A stretch of 63,293 bases of DNA, counting the filler, from Octopus bimaculoides (lineage: Eukaryota): the NCBI RefSeq assembly GCF_001194135.2. It is 5 parts of 4 records of this genome, joined end to end, with 100 filler letters (N's around TTAATTAATTAA, not from the genome) between each part and the next. Parts side by side here need not be neighbours in the genome. Positions count along the whole stretch, not along the records: positions 38,199 to 50,821 come from NC_069001.1; positions 50,922 to 63,293 come from NC_068991.1; 3 more parts are not named here. One strand, given 5' to 3'. Positions 39,260-52,809 of this stretch are shown piece by piece. The notes beneath the pieces were generated by a model, which saw only the letters and a list, made by a program, of their open reading frames with translations, had not been told where the DNA came from and did not search any database. Made by a program: the position numbers and the translations under genes. The stretch's first letter is position 1; the number at the start of each line of letters is the position of its first letter.

Positions 39260-41480
39260 CAGTGGTTCTTAACCTTTTTACTACCACACCTCTCCTAGGA
39301 ATTTGTTTTCTCCACACCCCCTTGCATCTATGAATAAAATTCCCTCCCAGATTTTAAATATAATCTAAAATATGTTTTCAGTTTTTTCATTGAATATGAA
39401 TTGGTCACATTATACAAAAATATATATAATTTTATATATAGTCACATTATCCAAAAAGTGAGACACTTGATACTGTTTCTCAGCAAAAAAATTTTCTTTT
39501 ATTGAATATGAATTAGTCACATTATTAGTGAGATTACAAGATGTTGAATGTGTGGTTGAATGCCAGAGAGTGCACAACATAAGTCCCTTTCAACGGTCAG
39601 CCTGTTTCTGTACTTGGTCTCGACAGCAATGAGCATGCAAAATGCAGCTTCACATAAATATGTGGATCCAAACATAGCTAAAATCTGCAGAGCCTGATGT
39701 GAGATCAGAGGGTGAACAGGAAGGTACTTGATCCAAAACGTTTCAAGATCCAGTTCTTTGAAGTCTTCCTTAGCTGGAGAGTTGACCTTCAGCTCAAGAA
39801 ACTCCTCTTGCACTTCATCCAAAACATCAGTCACTTCCTGATGAATTTCCAAGCTTCACGCATTTCATCTGTTCTGGGAAGTATCTGATGAATTCTGTTT
39901 TCAAGTCAGTCAGATGTGTGATTATTTGTTTCTTTCACTCAGAATCAGGGTTACCGTGAATGAGAGCAGAATCCAAGTAACTAAAACTGGCTGTATTACC
40001 CTGCTGAATTCAACATTTCCAGAGGTCGAGTTTGACCATGAAGGTTCGAATGGTGTTGTGGTGCGTGAGAATGTTAATGTTTTCCCCTTGTAGTTTAAGG
40101 TCGAGGGCATTCAATGCTTCGAAGATGTCCACCAGGTAAGCTAGAGATAGCTGAAAGCCTTCAGACTGGAACTTGTCATGGAGATCTGCCTTCTGCTTCA
40201 AATCAAGAAATATTGCTACTTCTTCTCATAGTTCATAAAGCCGTCCAAGCATGTTCCCCTCTGATAGTCATTGTACGTTCATGGGAAAAAGCAATGCTTC
40301 ATATTCAGATTCCATATCTTTACACAACAGTTTGAAAAGACGACTGTTTAAGGCTCCACCTTTAAAAATGTTGACAACCTTGATAGACACTAGAGTAAAG
40401 ATTGTTTGCCAACATAACATGACAGTCCTAGCTTAGGACGAATGTTGCTGTAATTTAGCCCCAGGAGACACCGTCTCCAGCTGGCTATATGACATGATCT
40501 GTGTTCTTATATTTTCGAACAAGGGAATCTAGCACCCCCTCTCAGCTCAAAACAATATCTGTGTATCGCGATCTCTCATTGTGAGATTTAAGAACAGTAA
40601 TTTTCTAACTTATAGACATGTTCAGAATATTTCTCATTTCAGTGGGTAAGGTTCTGGTTGCTAAGGCTACATGATGAAGTATGCAGTGTGTACCTACAAC
40701 AGATAGATTTTTTTTCTTTCACCCCAGTAATGAATCCAGACTGCAGACTAAGCATGGCTGGAGCTCGATCAGTGCACACCTCTACCAGCGAATCTCATGA
40801 AAGTTAGTTTTCCTGAAAGAAGTTTGATGCATCACGAAAAATAGCTGCTGCTATTATACAACTATCCATAGGGTGACAGAACAACATTTCCTCTTTTACA
40901 CAGTTGCCTGATACAAAACAAGCATATACCAGTAGCTGAGAACACTGAGTGATGTCAGTTGTTTCGTCACACTGGATGGCAAAAACAGGAGAATCTCTTG
41001 TCTGGTTCAGAATTTGATCTTTGATGTCTTGAGACAAGTTGTCGATCCTTCTCTTGACTGTATCGTTTTATAGTGAAATCTGGGAAAGCTTGTTTGCACT
41101 ATCTTTCCTCAGCAAGAGTTCTACTGCACAGAGTAGACTTGGTTTTATGAGAGACTCTCCAATGTTATGGCTCTTCCTGTTCTTTGCAATCAACATGGCG
41201 ATCTCATAGGAAGCCTTAACGAACATTGAAGTTTGTTGCCAAAATGCCCCACTGCTGTCTAACTTAGCTTGCTTCAAGGAATGTCTTTTTGTTACAAAGA
41301 ATGCCTTGGGCTTGTCTGCAAGAGCAGGATATGTTGTCCTCAAGTGGTGTTCCAAGCATGAGGGTCATATTCTATTATTGCTCAAAGTTTTGTAACCTAT
41401 CACACACTGGGGGACACAAATCTAAATTGAATATATTCAAGACACTTCTGTTTCTTTGCACTCATTGCAAATTATTTGCT
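39260..41480 (-). mobile_element. hAT (Buster/Charlie, ZBED5-like) DNA transposon with disrupted transposase and one terminal repeat
   Basis: FAIQCDETTDITQCSQLL, CTDRAPAM, THCILH, LAYLVDIFEALNALDLKLQG, FGSTYLCEAAF...KYRNRL; TIR-like cagtggttcttaacc at 39260; many stops and frameshifts. Confidence 0.92.
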
Positions 41481-41825
41481 GTGCAGTGGACAACACAAAT
41501 ATGTGAACAAAAGATAAGACACATATAAGGTAATGTCAAGGCTCAAGTTAGAACGCTTGGAGTAAAAAGTTCTGAAAAAATTAAAACAAAAATTTGGAAT
41601 AAAAGTTAAATTAAAAGAAAAGTTATACAAAAAATTTGTACAATAAAACATTGTATGTATGTGTATGAAAATATAAAAAAAAGTTTTTTTAAAAAGGAAA
41701 AGATTTTGCATAGCTTTTAGTTTTACCTAGAACTTTCTGTAATATTTAAATCTGAATTTTAGTTTAACATGTGGATTTATATTATAATTTTTTTCATACA
41801 AAATAATTTACTATATTTTTATCAT

Positions 41826-41912
41826 AAGAATAAGTCCTGGGGTTGATTTGTTCAATTAAAGGCAGTGCTCCAGCATGGCCGCAGTCAAATGACTGAAACA
41901 AATAAAAAATAC
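41826..41912 (+). mobile_element. SINE family B, 3' fragment
   Basis: agaataagtcctggggttgatttgttcaattaaaggcagtgctccagcatggccgcagtcaaatgactgaaacaa matches the 3' end of 59848-60306. Confidence 0.8.
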
Positions 41913-41963
41913 AAGACTAAACATTTAATATTAAAAATTTGGGTTTTATTTTTGAAATTTTTT

Positions 41964-42047
41964 ATTTTTCCAATCAGTGTTTTAATTTTTTATTTTTCCA
42001 ATCAGTGTTTTAATTTTTTATTTTTCCAATCAGTGTTTTAATTTTTT
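41964..42047. repeat. 28-bp tandem repeat x3
   Basis: atttttccaatcagtgttttaatttttt at 41964, 41992 and 42020. Confidence 0.9.
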
Positions 42048-42346
42048 TGAGACTTTATTAAATTGAGTGATAATACATACTTTTTGTTTTATTTCCTATT
42101 TTTAAATATATCATTCTTTTCATCTTTTCATTTTGCTAAAATTTAAAAATGGTTTTCAATTTTTAAAATTAAGTTAATATTTCTTATTATGTTACTATAA
42201 TGATTTGATAATGTTTCAGCATGTCTCTTGATTTTTAAGAGTCCCGTTATTTCATATATATGAAAACTGTGGATCAAACTTGTTTATAATCTATTAACTG
42301 AAAAAGATGTTTGTCTTTACAGGATAATAATATCTAAGCTTTATAC

Positions 42347-42365
42347 CAGTGGTTCTTAACCTGAG
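42347..42365 (+). mobile_element. Second hAT-type terminal repeat, same orientation as 39260
   Basis: cagtggttcttaacct preceded by ctttatac (nnnTAnnn, Buster-like target). Confidence 0.55.
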
Positions 42366-43020
42366 TCTTGTTGTAATGAAAAAAATTACAAAATAAAGGC
42401 AAATGTTAAAGCTACAATTCAGAATTAGTGAGGGTTTTGAGGGATATGAGGGGGTGGGTCAATAAGTACAGAAAATGAAAGCGGCACTTAGAATAAGAAA
42501 TCTAAAGTTATAAGGTGATACTTTTGCATTTTCTCATAAGCTTCTCATTATTTGACCATGCTCTTGTTAAGAGAATAACAAATATAATTAGNNNNNNNNN
42601 NNNNNNNNNNNNNNNNNNNNNNNNNNNNNNNNNNNNNNNNNNNNNNNNNNNNNNNNNNNNNNNNNNNNNNNNNNNNNNNNNNNNNNNNNNNNNNNNNNNN
42701 NNNNNNNNNNNNNNNNNNNNNNNNNNNNNNNNNNNNNNNNNNNNNNNNNNNNNNNNNNNNNNNNNNNNNNNNNNNNNNNNNNNNNNNNNNNNNNNNNNNN
42801 NNNNNNNNNNNNNNNNNNNNNNNNNNNNNNNNNNNNNNNNNNNNNNNNNNNNNNNNNNNNNNNNNNNNNNNNNNNNNNNNNNNNNNNNNNNNNNNNNNNN
42901 NNNNNNNNNNNNNNNNNNNNNNNNNNNNNNNNNNNNNNNNNNNNNNNNNNNNNNNNNNNNNNNNNNNNNNNNNNNNNNNNNNNNNNNNNNNNNNNNNNNN
43001 NNNNNNNNNNNNNNNNNNNN

Positions 43021-44727
43021 TATTATATAAAAGTCAATGTCTTTATGTGTATTCGTGTGTTACTTATAGATTTGAAAACTACTGCACCGATCCGAATGAA
43101 ATTAGGGAAAAGGGTAATGCTGTATGTTTCATACAATTTCATGGACCAAAATTACTGGATGGATCCTTATGATATTTGGGACTTAGATTCAATGCATAAG
43201 GGCATGTATAATGCAGTATGTTTGGTTTGAATTTGAGGTGATTTAAAGGGGGCAGAAATTTCATAAATTTCCGATGTTGATGAAATTTCAACTACAGGTA
43301 ATTGACACACATCAAGAAGTATTCCCAAAGTTTCCACTTCTCATGACGATTCCAAGACCCCCAAATGAGGGCTTTAACTCCCTAATTTTTATGATCCAAA
43401 ACTACCTCAAAAGTACTGATTGGATCTTTATGAAATCTGGAAATTATATTCTATGCATAAGGACAGATGTAATGCAGTATATGTTTGAAAGTAAGGGGGC
43501 ATAAATGAGGCCATAACCCCCATGAAAATTCATATATTTTTGCTGTTGATGAAATTTTAGCCATAGATATTAGACACAAATGAAGTAATATTTTTAAAAT
43601 TTCAAGTTTTTAGAAGTCAGTTAAATCCCTTAAGGGGGGCTTAACACCCACAATTTAGTCATTTTTCCTAAGCCAAGACAAATACAATTGTACTCTTGGA
43701 AGCTGTAGGGTCACCCGAGCATAGAAGATGAGCGTTATTTGTAATTCAATGGTACAACAGTGTAAGAGTTTGCTTTGAGATATACTTAGATTGTGATTCC
43801 TGCAATGTGGTACATAAATTGTGAAATAAAGGAGAGGCATCTTTACCTCCATTGATTCAGTGGCAAAGTGTTATTTTGAGTAAAGTTATTTGGTTGCAGA
43901 CTTCCTTTGAGTCTATTTATTATCACTGTGTCAGAGATAGTCCCCAGATGGTAATATTGATTTCAAGGCCTTCCCAGATAAGTGACTGGTTATTCAAAGA
44001 CATTTATAGATTGCAAATTTATTCTGTCCAGTTACCTATAAGCATAGTGATTATTGGCAAACTCCAGAGGTGACACTTTCATTTCCCCTTAGCCCTCACG
44101 TCACACAGTTGTTAATGTTTGAGTTGGGTCACGCCCTTCCAATTGCTATAGATACGTAATGCATTTTATGGTTGTGCCTGTTACCTGTATGGTGAGGAAT
44201 GCTCCACTGGGGAGTGGTAACGACAAGGGTAGGGTAGCTGACTGCTTATTGTGATCATTCATCTTTTCATTTCCTGTAGCTTTGCTCTCTTTTACAAACC
44301 CAGTGAACATACATATATTTCCGATTTCAAAGAAATTTGAACAATAGATATAAGACCCAAGTTAAAAAGATTTCCAACAATTCAACTTTTCTACTTGACT
44401 TTAAGACCCTCCCTCAATAGGGGCCTTAACTCCCACACCTTAGAGCTCCATGAGCTCCATTTTTCAGGAGCAAAAACCTTTGAATAGGTTCCATAAGATT
44501 GGATTTTGGAATCTGGGCATAAAGATGAGTAGTATGGGATAAATGTGTCATGATTAGAATTTTTGTTAGGGTGTGTAAAGAGGGAAAGAACCCTCATTAA
44601 AATTCTTCATTTGCAATTTTGATGAAATTTGAATCATAGGTATTCCAGCTCATTAAGAGAAAATCTAAAAGAAAAGTCTAATTCTTCAATTCCATGTGAC
44701 ACGGGTAACGCCGGGTATCTTTGCTAG
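43021..44727 (+). mobile_element. Helitron-like non-autonomous element
   Basis: 5' tatataaaagtcaatgtc...actactgcaccgatccgaatgaaatt; 3' gacacgggtaacgccgggtatctttgCTAG followed by T; 5' terminus abuts a gap. Confidence 0.55.
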
Positions 44728-44754
44728 TATATATATATATATATATATATGCAT

Positions 44755-44930
44755 GTATACATAAGATGGGCACCTTTCAGTTTCCATCTATCAAATTCAC
44801 TCACTAGGCTTTGGTCAGCTCACGGCTATTGTATATGATAATTGCCCAAGATGCCATGCAGTGGGATTGAACCCAGAACCATATGGTTGGGAAGCAAACT
44901 TTTTACCACACTGTCATGCTTGCACCTACC
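44755..44930 (-). mobile_element. SINE family B, 5' half
   Basis: cctttcagtttccatctatcaaattcactcactaggctttggtcagc...gtgggattgaacccagaaccatatggttgggaagcaaac. Confidence 0.8.
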
Positions 44931-45129
44931 CATAATTAATATTGATTGCAAAAATTGTTCAGGTTTCATCTATGCACTTGGGAGACCACAAACAATCTTT
45001 CTTATCACTTTGTTTACATTCTGTTGAATGATTAATTTCTGCAGTAGTTGTTTTGAACAAACTAAGTGGTAAAAAAAGAAGAAAAAAAACTTATGATTTT
45101 GTCTCCTGGAAAAGACTGTGACTAGGTCC

Positions 45130-45585
45130 AATCTCTTGAGAAAAATCAACAAGAAAATCTGTTTTTAAACTTTATTCCATTCACATACAAATCCATTTTT
45201 TTTGTCACTGAGTTATCATTGGAATCACTTTCACTTTCGGAAATAGAAATACTTGATTCCTACTCACACGTTTGCTGTACCTTTTGCTTGATTTTTCCAT
45301 ATTTTTGGTTGAAAACCCTTCAAATTCTGATTCACTACTTGACAACATGAAACTGGTATCCACATTTTGTCAGTATTAAAAATTTTTCAAAAAAATCAAT
45401 GTAAAAAAAAAAATGTGGGAAAAAAATCTCTAAAAATTCACAGCTGTTAGATACTGTAACTCAATAATTTACATAGTGAAATTATGTTTTCATGAATGTA
45501 CTAATGAGAATTTGCTGATATTCTCATTTAAATATGACTAGGTTAATGCAGCCAGTTTCAGGTGCCTTGGTATCGAAAGGGTTAA
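45130..45585. mobile_element. piggyBac-type non-autonomous element, right end only
   Basis: Ends ggtatcgaaaggg-TTAA; left TIR not found. Confidence 0.45.
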
Positions 45586-46196
45586 AGCTTCATTTCTAAA
45601 GATAGAATGAATGTTTCTTGTTTTATTGTTGAAGAACCCCCTTTTGAATTCACACAGCATGCAGTGTCTGATATAAGTCTAATCTAAATTTATTTCAAAA
45701 GGGTAAAATCAAAGAGTAAAAACATGAATTAAACCACTGTGGTATAAAATAGTCTGTGAAGGAAAAAAAACATTAGAATGTAAAAATTAATGCTTATTTT
45801 ACCAGAAGTATTAAAAAGGTACCTCTAAAGTGATCATGTCAAAAATTCAACAGAGCTTTCTTTATAACCTAATACTACATGGTAGTGTATTCTTAATTCA
45901 TGAACTTTTACGCTAATTGAATTTCCAATTTGTAATCATTTTTCTTTTTTTATTCACAGTGTTTCTTTAGCTCGACAGAAAGCTGTAGAAAACGTCATCC
46001 ACAATCTTCCAATATACCAATCCCTAAATTCCAACCTGATCTTTTTGGATTATTTTCCTGTACTTCGAAACATCTGTCGTACAGAGAAGGTTCGACAATT
46101 GGCTAAAGTGAAACGAAGGTATTCTGTATCTCTTTTCGTTCTATATATTGTTTTCATTCATTGGACTGTGGTTAAGCTGGAGCCACTACCCTTTAA

Positions 46197-46403
46197 CCCT
46201 TTAGCATTTAAACCTGCCATACCCGGCCCAAATATGTTCAAACTAGCCAGATCTGGCTTCGCACACCTACCCTCCAATGTCATTCTAAAAATAAACAATC
46301 ACATCATCAAAATTTCAAAGCTCCAATGTAATTGCATGATTAATTCAAAACAATTTGATCATTCAAGCATTACATTTGACAGAATGATCTGAATGCTAAA
46401 GGG
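46197..46403. mobile_element. piggyBac-type MITE
   Basis: TTAA-ccctttagcatt ... aatgctaaaggg-tttt (right target site mutated). Confidence 0.75.
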
Positions 46404-47044
46404 TTTTAGTCAATGACCTAAATATATATTTCATTCTGGTATTTTATTGACCTCTAATTTATTAATTGAATTATAGCTGTTGATGTTATGGGATGCTGCT
46501 CAGTGCTTTGATTTTATTGTCATTCCCAAACATTGGCATATGTACACATCAACATCATCATTTTAACATCCACTTTTCTATGCTTGTATGAATCAGATGG
46601 AATTCATTGAGGCAGATTTTGTACAGCCAGCTCCCCCTCCTGTTGCCAACCCTCACTCATTTCTAACATGTCCAGTACATACATCTTGTACTGAACATGG
46701 TCTCCATGGAAGGATATCTTTTATGATGGTGATCCTTGTTTACAGTTATTACACAATGTTAAGAAACACACACACACACACACACACACACTCTCCTTCA
46801 TGTGCATCTATACATATATAACAGGTATAAGGCTTTGGTTGGCCCATAATTATAGCAGGAGACATTTGCCCTAGATACCGTGCAGTGGAACTGAACCCAA
46901 AGCAATGTGGGAGATTAGGCAGAAAATTGATGGGAGGAGTAGACATGAAGATAGCGGGGAGCAGGAAGCTGGCCAACTCTGAGGAGCAGAGGCCATTATA
47001 GTAGAAGCAGAAGGGAAACTCTTGCCCTCTGCTTCTACTATCAT

Positions 47045-49680
47045 GTCAGAGGTGTGGGGCTGGTGCTAGATAAAAAGACCACAAAGTCTCTTATCAGCTG
47101 GCAACCAGTCAGTAATAGCATTATTCCTGCATGATTTCAAACCAGATTTGTCAAGACCACCATCATCCAGATCTTCTTGTGGAAGAAACAAAAAAGGACA
47201 ATTTTTATGAACAACTACAGGATGTGATCAATAACACACCATGCTTTGACATCAAGTTGGTTGTGGGGGACTGGAATGCTCAGCTAGATTCCAGCAGGTT
47301 TGGGGTAGAGCATATGAAAGGACCACATACAAGTGGAAGCAAAACAACTGAAAATGGAGAGCACTTTTTATTATTCTACATTGGCAACACCTTCTTCCCA
47401 CACTCAACTATCCACAAAATGACCTGACAGTTTCTAGATGGAACAACCATCAACAAAATTGCCTTTGTGTGCATAAGTCAGCACTGGTGATCTTCACTGC
47501 AGGACATAAAGGCACAAAGTGGGGCTGATATTGGGTCTGATCATCATCTACTAACAACTGTGGTGCAGATCCGGTTAAAGAATAAGAGTTATAAACAAAA
47601 CCATTTGCTATAGATAAGCTAAGAGACACCATGGTGCTCAGAAAATGCCAGCAAGAAGTCGCCCACCATTTTCAAGACCATGACACCATGGTAGTTAACC
47701 AATCCCAACCTCTACAGTAGAATGGAGACTTAGAAGAACAATGGAATATGTTCAAAAGTGCTTTGATCCAAGATGCAAGGATTATAATCCGACAGAGAAG
47801 GGGGACTACCTGGAAATATGGATTACACCAGATACATGGCAGTTGATTGACAGCAGGAAGAAAAAGAAAAGAAGGGACCAAACGAAAACAGAAAAAGAGA
47901 GAAAAGCAGCAGAAAAGCAATATCGAGTGGCAGACAGGCAGGTGAAGAGAGGATGCAGGAGAGATAGAAGAAGGTAGGTGGAAGGAAAGATTAAAGAAGC
48001 TCAGAAGGCAATAAAGAAAAAATGACATCAAAAACCTATGCAGAATTGTGAGAGATCTAATGGGATCAACAGGAGGGGGCAGTCTGCCAGTGAAAGATAA
48101 GAATGAGAAGACTCTGTTAAGCAACAAACAACAAAATGCAAGATGGGTGGAACACTTTAAAGTAACCCTAAACCAACCAGCACCAACAGTAGAATTGAAT
48201 TTAGAGGACCAACAAATAGAACAGTTGGAAGTGGAAAAGGGATCAATAAGAGGAAGTAAGAGAAGTATTGAAGACCCTAATAAAACAATAAAGTGCCAGG
48301 ACCAGACATTTCATCAGAATTAATGAAAGCAGGTGGCCTGGTCATGGTCGAAAAGTCAACACAGTTATGTAATGCATGCTGGGTGGAAAAAGGGTACCTG
48401 AAGAGTGGACCAAAGGAGCCGTTATTAAACTACTAAAGAAAGGAGATTTGAGCCAAAACTGCGGGGGAATAACACTATTGTCAATGCTGGGTAAAGTGCT
48501 GTGCTTTAGTGTTGCTGTTCTGGTTGAAGTTTGCACTAGATGTAAAGCTGAGAGAACGACAAGCCAGATTTTGACCCAGCAGATTGTGCTGCAAACAAAT
48601 ATTCACACTGTGCAACATCGTAGAACAATGCATGGACCATCAAGGATCACTAATAATAAACTTCATTGACTTCAAAAAGGCGTTTGTCAGTGTGCATAGA
48701 GAAACCCTCAAGAAAATTGCCAAAGTGTAAGGAATACCAGACGATTAAAACAGTATGGATACACTGGTTTCCTTAAAATCATTTACTAGAGTAAGACAAC
48801 ACTGTCTCCTGTCACCAATGTTGTTTCTGATAGTCATTGATTTTGTTATGTGAAGATCAACGGTGGGACTGGCTGTAGGCATACCAGGGACAGAGACTGG
48901 CTATCAGACTTGGATTTTGTCGATAACGTTGCTCTGTTGGCTGAGAATCGCCCAACATTACAAGAAATGGAAAGGGAAGCAGCAGAGACTGGGTTGAGAA
49001 TCAACAGTCAAAAAACAGAAGTAACTCAAGTAGAGAAACAACTAAAAAGTGCACCAATGGAAGTTGGATGAGAACCAGTTGAAGAAATTACAAGCATAGT
49101 GACAAGCAACAGCGATGCAGAGACTGATGTAAGCTGCAGAATTAGCAAGGCAGTGGGAGTATTTAGAAGACTGACAACACTTTGGTGTAGCAATAACATA
49201 AGTATAGAAGTGAAGATTCAGCTGTACAAAACAGCAATACTACCAATAGCAATCTATACAGCTGGAAGATGACAGCAAAAATTACCTGCCAACTCAACGT
49301 ATTTCACTGCCTCAGAAAGATCCTAAGAATCACTTATCGAGGCAGAGTGACAAATGAAGCCATTCTCCAAGCAGCAAGTGTAAGGCCCCTGCATGCAATT
49401 GTGACCAAATGAGAATGGCTGGACACATACTAAGACTGCCAGAGGAGAGGCTTGCCAAAACAGCCATGGGCTGGATGCTGCTGGAAAGTAAGAGAAAAAG
49501 AGGCCGGCCAAGGAAGATATGGCATAGTACTTTCAAAGAAGACCTACACAGACTGAACATCAGCTGGGAAGAAGCATACCGGTTGGCCAGAGACAAAGAT
49601 AACTGGTGATTACTCACTGCTTGATATGTCACTCAAAGGCACCAACAGACCTAAAGAAGGACAAGAAGAAGAGGGGAATC
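47045..49680 (+). mobile_element. RTE-clade LINE (APE endonuclease plus RT), decayed, slightly 5'-truncated
   Basis: APE motifs VVGDWNAQ and GADIGSDHHL; RT motifs PEEWTKGAVIKLLKKGDL, NFIDFKKAF, LSPMLFLIVID, LDFVDN (YADD position), GLRINSQKT; C-terminal GHILRLPEERLAK...RGRPRKIW. Confidence 0.93.
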
Positions 49681-50244
49681 TGAGTCTACCTGTGAGTGGA
49701 TTTATGGAGATATTGTTGTTTAGCCCCAGGCTGTTTGTTCAGGGGCGGATAGGGATTCTAACATTTGATTTTGGTCAGAGGGGTCTCTTTAGTCTTCCTA
49801 TATATGAGTGATTGGCTCTGCAGTAATTCCAAATAAGAACTTATATGAGAAAGAGATATTTTGTCCTCTCCAGTACCAGGGCTTGATAAAATGTACCTCA
49901 TCCACTCTGTAAGACATATGCATAACCACAGAGTGAGTATGTATACTCTTTTACAAGTGGTAAATGATGGAGACCATGACAAATAGTTATCCCTTGTGAG
50001 GCAGCCCCTCGTCATGGTCTGCATTGTCTAGCACACAACAACAGAGGACCTAAGAGTTCCCTTCACCTTATTAGGGGTTACTGCAGTGTCAGTCACTCAT
50101 AGGAGGACTAAAGCTTTCTCTCTGCTCTATAACAGTCCTTTTCTTTATAGTAATACATAAGATTATATTATTTCATGTGCATTTTCTTTTGCTAAGATAT
50201 TGAGATGCAACTAGAAACAGATTTGTCTACAATTTCCAGTAATT

Positions 50245-50460
50245 GGTTTCAAATTTTGGCACAAGGCCAGCAACTTTAGGAGAGGGAGTAAGTCAACTAC
50301 ATCAACCCTCAGTGCTCAACTGCTACTTATTTTATTGACCCCAAAAGGATGAAAGGCAAAGTCAACCTCAAAGGAATTTGAGCTCAGAACGTAAAGATGG
50401 ATGAAATGCCACTGAGCAGTTTTTGCCCAGTGTGCTATTTACAGTACTGCTGGGTTACTG
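50245..50460 (-). mobile_element. SINE family A monomer (diverged)
   Basis: gaccccaaaaggatgaaaggcaaagtcaacctcaaaggaatttgagctcagaacgtaaag. Confidence 0.8.
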
Positions 50461-50972
50461 CCATTTTCTAGTAATTGAGAGCAGACATGTAGTGGCTTGT
50501 TTTATGTTTCTTATTTCAGCAAAACATATTTATGACAAAGTGTAGTATATTGCCACTGGCTTATCGACACACGACTGTGTCCTGTTTGCCAAGGGAAGTT
50601 ATCCCTCTCACCACGATCTGCAGCACGAACGGATCCGGATTTCAGGGTTATTTCCCTTCGTCGGCGTTCGATAGCTACTGACCTTGGTGAGAGAGACAAA
50701 AACTTGGCAATCTTATATCTTCTTTTCCAGTGAAATTCTTCACTGATATCGAAAAGGTGAAAACAAGCAATGTTAATTCTCTAAATGAAGTATTAACAGT
50801 AACTGCACGATAAAGTGTAGTNNNNNNNNNNNNNNNNNNNNNNNNNNNNNNNNNNNNNNNNNNNNTTAATTAATTAANNNNNNNNNNNNNNNNNNNNNNN
50901 NNNNNNNNNNNNNNNNNNNNNCTACCACCACCACCAGCCATAATTACAGTAAGGTATTCCTCGCCGTCGCCG

Positions 50973-51011
<39 letters not shown>

Positions 51012-52809
51012 CCATCACCATCACCATCATCATCATCATCTACAACATCAACGGCAACCTGGGCCGATAATGTTGCTTGCACAGCAGATGTGTTGATAGG
51101 GGGGGGAGGGGAGGACCCTCATTACCTGTACTCATACGCGAAACCTCCTGATGACAAACACTCTTATCCTCCGTGAAAATAGTAGTTGATGTCAGTTACT
51201 TAATTTTCAATTGTGAATTATTAAACAGTCATCATTTTTCTCACTACAGACGAATAAAGCGGCACAGAAACTCACAAATAACCCCTTTTGTCCCTCCGAA
51301 AAAAAAAAAAAAGAAAGAAAGAAAGAAGAAGCCCCAAAAAACCCCACTGAAATATATTTCCAATTCTTCGTCTTTATTAATGAGAAAGCAAAACATAATT
51401 AGCCTATGCAGACGGTATCGGCCGAGAAGACTGCAACGAACGGCGGGCTTCCCGAGGGTGTCGGCTGATGGAGACGGGCGCCACCATTAAAACACTGGCG
51501 TTTCAAAGAGTTAGGGCAGGACGCATCGTTAAAATGGCTCTTCCCACGAACACAAATTAAATTTGTTCCATGGAGGATAGTGTCGGACGGAAAACAAGAC
51601 AGGAAAATGAAACGGTGAAATAAACAAACAAAAAGGCTGTACAGCCAGACGTGGAGAAGTGTGTGTATATTGAACGCTGTGAAGCACGAACTGGAGAGGC
51701 GAAGATGTGCGTGCGAAGCTTAGGGAGTCCAAGACCGAAAAGAAATGGCAACTGGACACATGTGACCAGCGAGGGGTAGGGAGAAAGAGTGGCAGAAGGA
51801 GAGGATGTCATCAACGGTGCAAATAACATGAAATGCATGAACAAACGAGTGGAATACGTTAACAACGAGAAAAAAAATGGAAAACGGGACAAGTTAACAC
51901 AGAGAACGGACCCTTCATCAGTTGTCGGCTGTTTATCCACTCATTTCAAGCAATTATATATATATCGGTACACTCATACACCTGTCCTGTATATACAAAT
52001 GTATATGTTGAGACACACAAACTTAGTTGAGCGTATGCACACTAAATACATTGAAAAGCTTGTTGTTTTTAGATTTTTAAACATCCCTTCAGGAAGATTT
52101 TCGTCAACTAAATGCATGAATAATCCCATTTAATAGTGAGCTTTTCAATTCACCGTATTACATATGTAATTCCCGACTGTATTATTGTTTTCGTATGCAG
52201 AGGCGCTCCTCTGCGTTATATTCTTATTGGTTCTGTTGCTGTTACAAAAGAAATATTAGCCCACCCACGCCAGCACGCACACACACACACACACACAGAC
52301 GCACGCGAGCACACGCACAAGCGCATGCACATGTAAACACACCCACGCACACATGCAGGCCCCATTGCATGCACATGCATACATATGCGCAAACAAAAGC
52401 AACGCATCTCTCTTTTGAATTGGGACTGGGTGACGGTGATGAAGCTGAAGTAATATCGTGAGAAAAACAGGTTTGTCGAAAGTCATTATCCCTTCCACTA
52501 CCACCACCGTTAACCCTACATCTCTTATTAGCATCATCATCAACGCCCTCCTCCTCATCCCCTCCACCCCCTTCTTGCTCATATTATCACTCTGCCGGAG
52601 TCATGATGTCCTGTAAAAAACTTTCTACGTCATACATCTCACTCGTCGAGATATCTGCATTCAACTAATTTACAAGCTCTCTCTCACACGCACAGGCGCA
52701 CACATTCATGTTAATAATAAGCTTATTACTCATCTTTCTCCCTCTCGGTATATATTTATACATACATAAATGTGTATGTATATATATCCTCAGTTACGAT
52801 ATATATATG

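Noticed and set aside
39517-41480. Domesticated ZBED5-like host gene
   Set aside because: Multiple stops and frameshifts plus a retained terminal repeat indicate a dead transposon.
51895-51935. Half-hammerhead CUGAUGA-AGGG on the minus strand (CCGAUGA at about 38430)
   Set aside because: No properly placed stem II partner, GAAA or UH triplet; kept only as a dispersed repeat.
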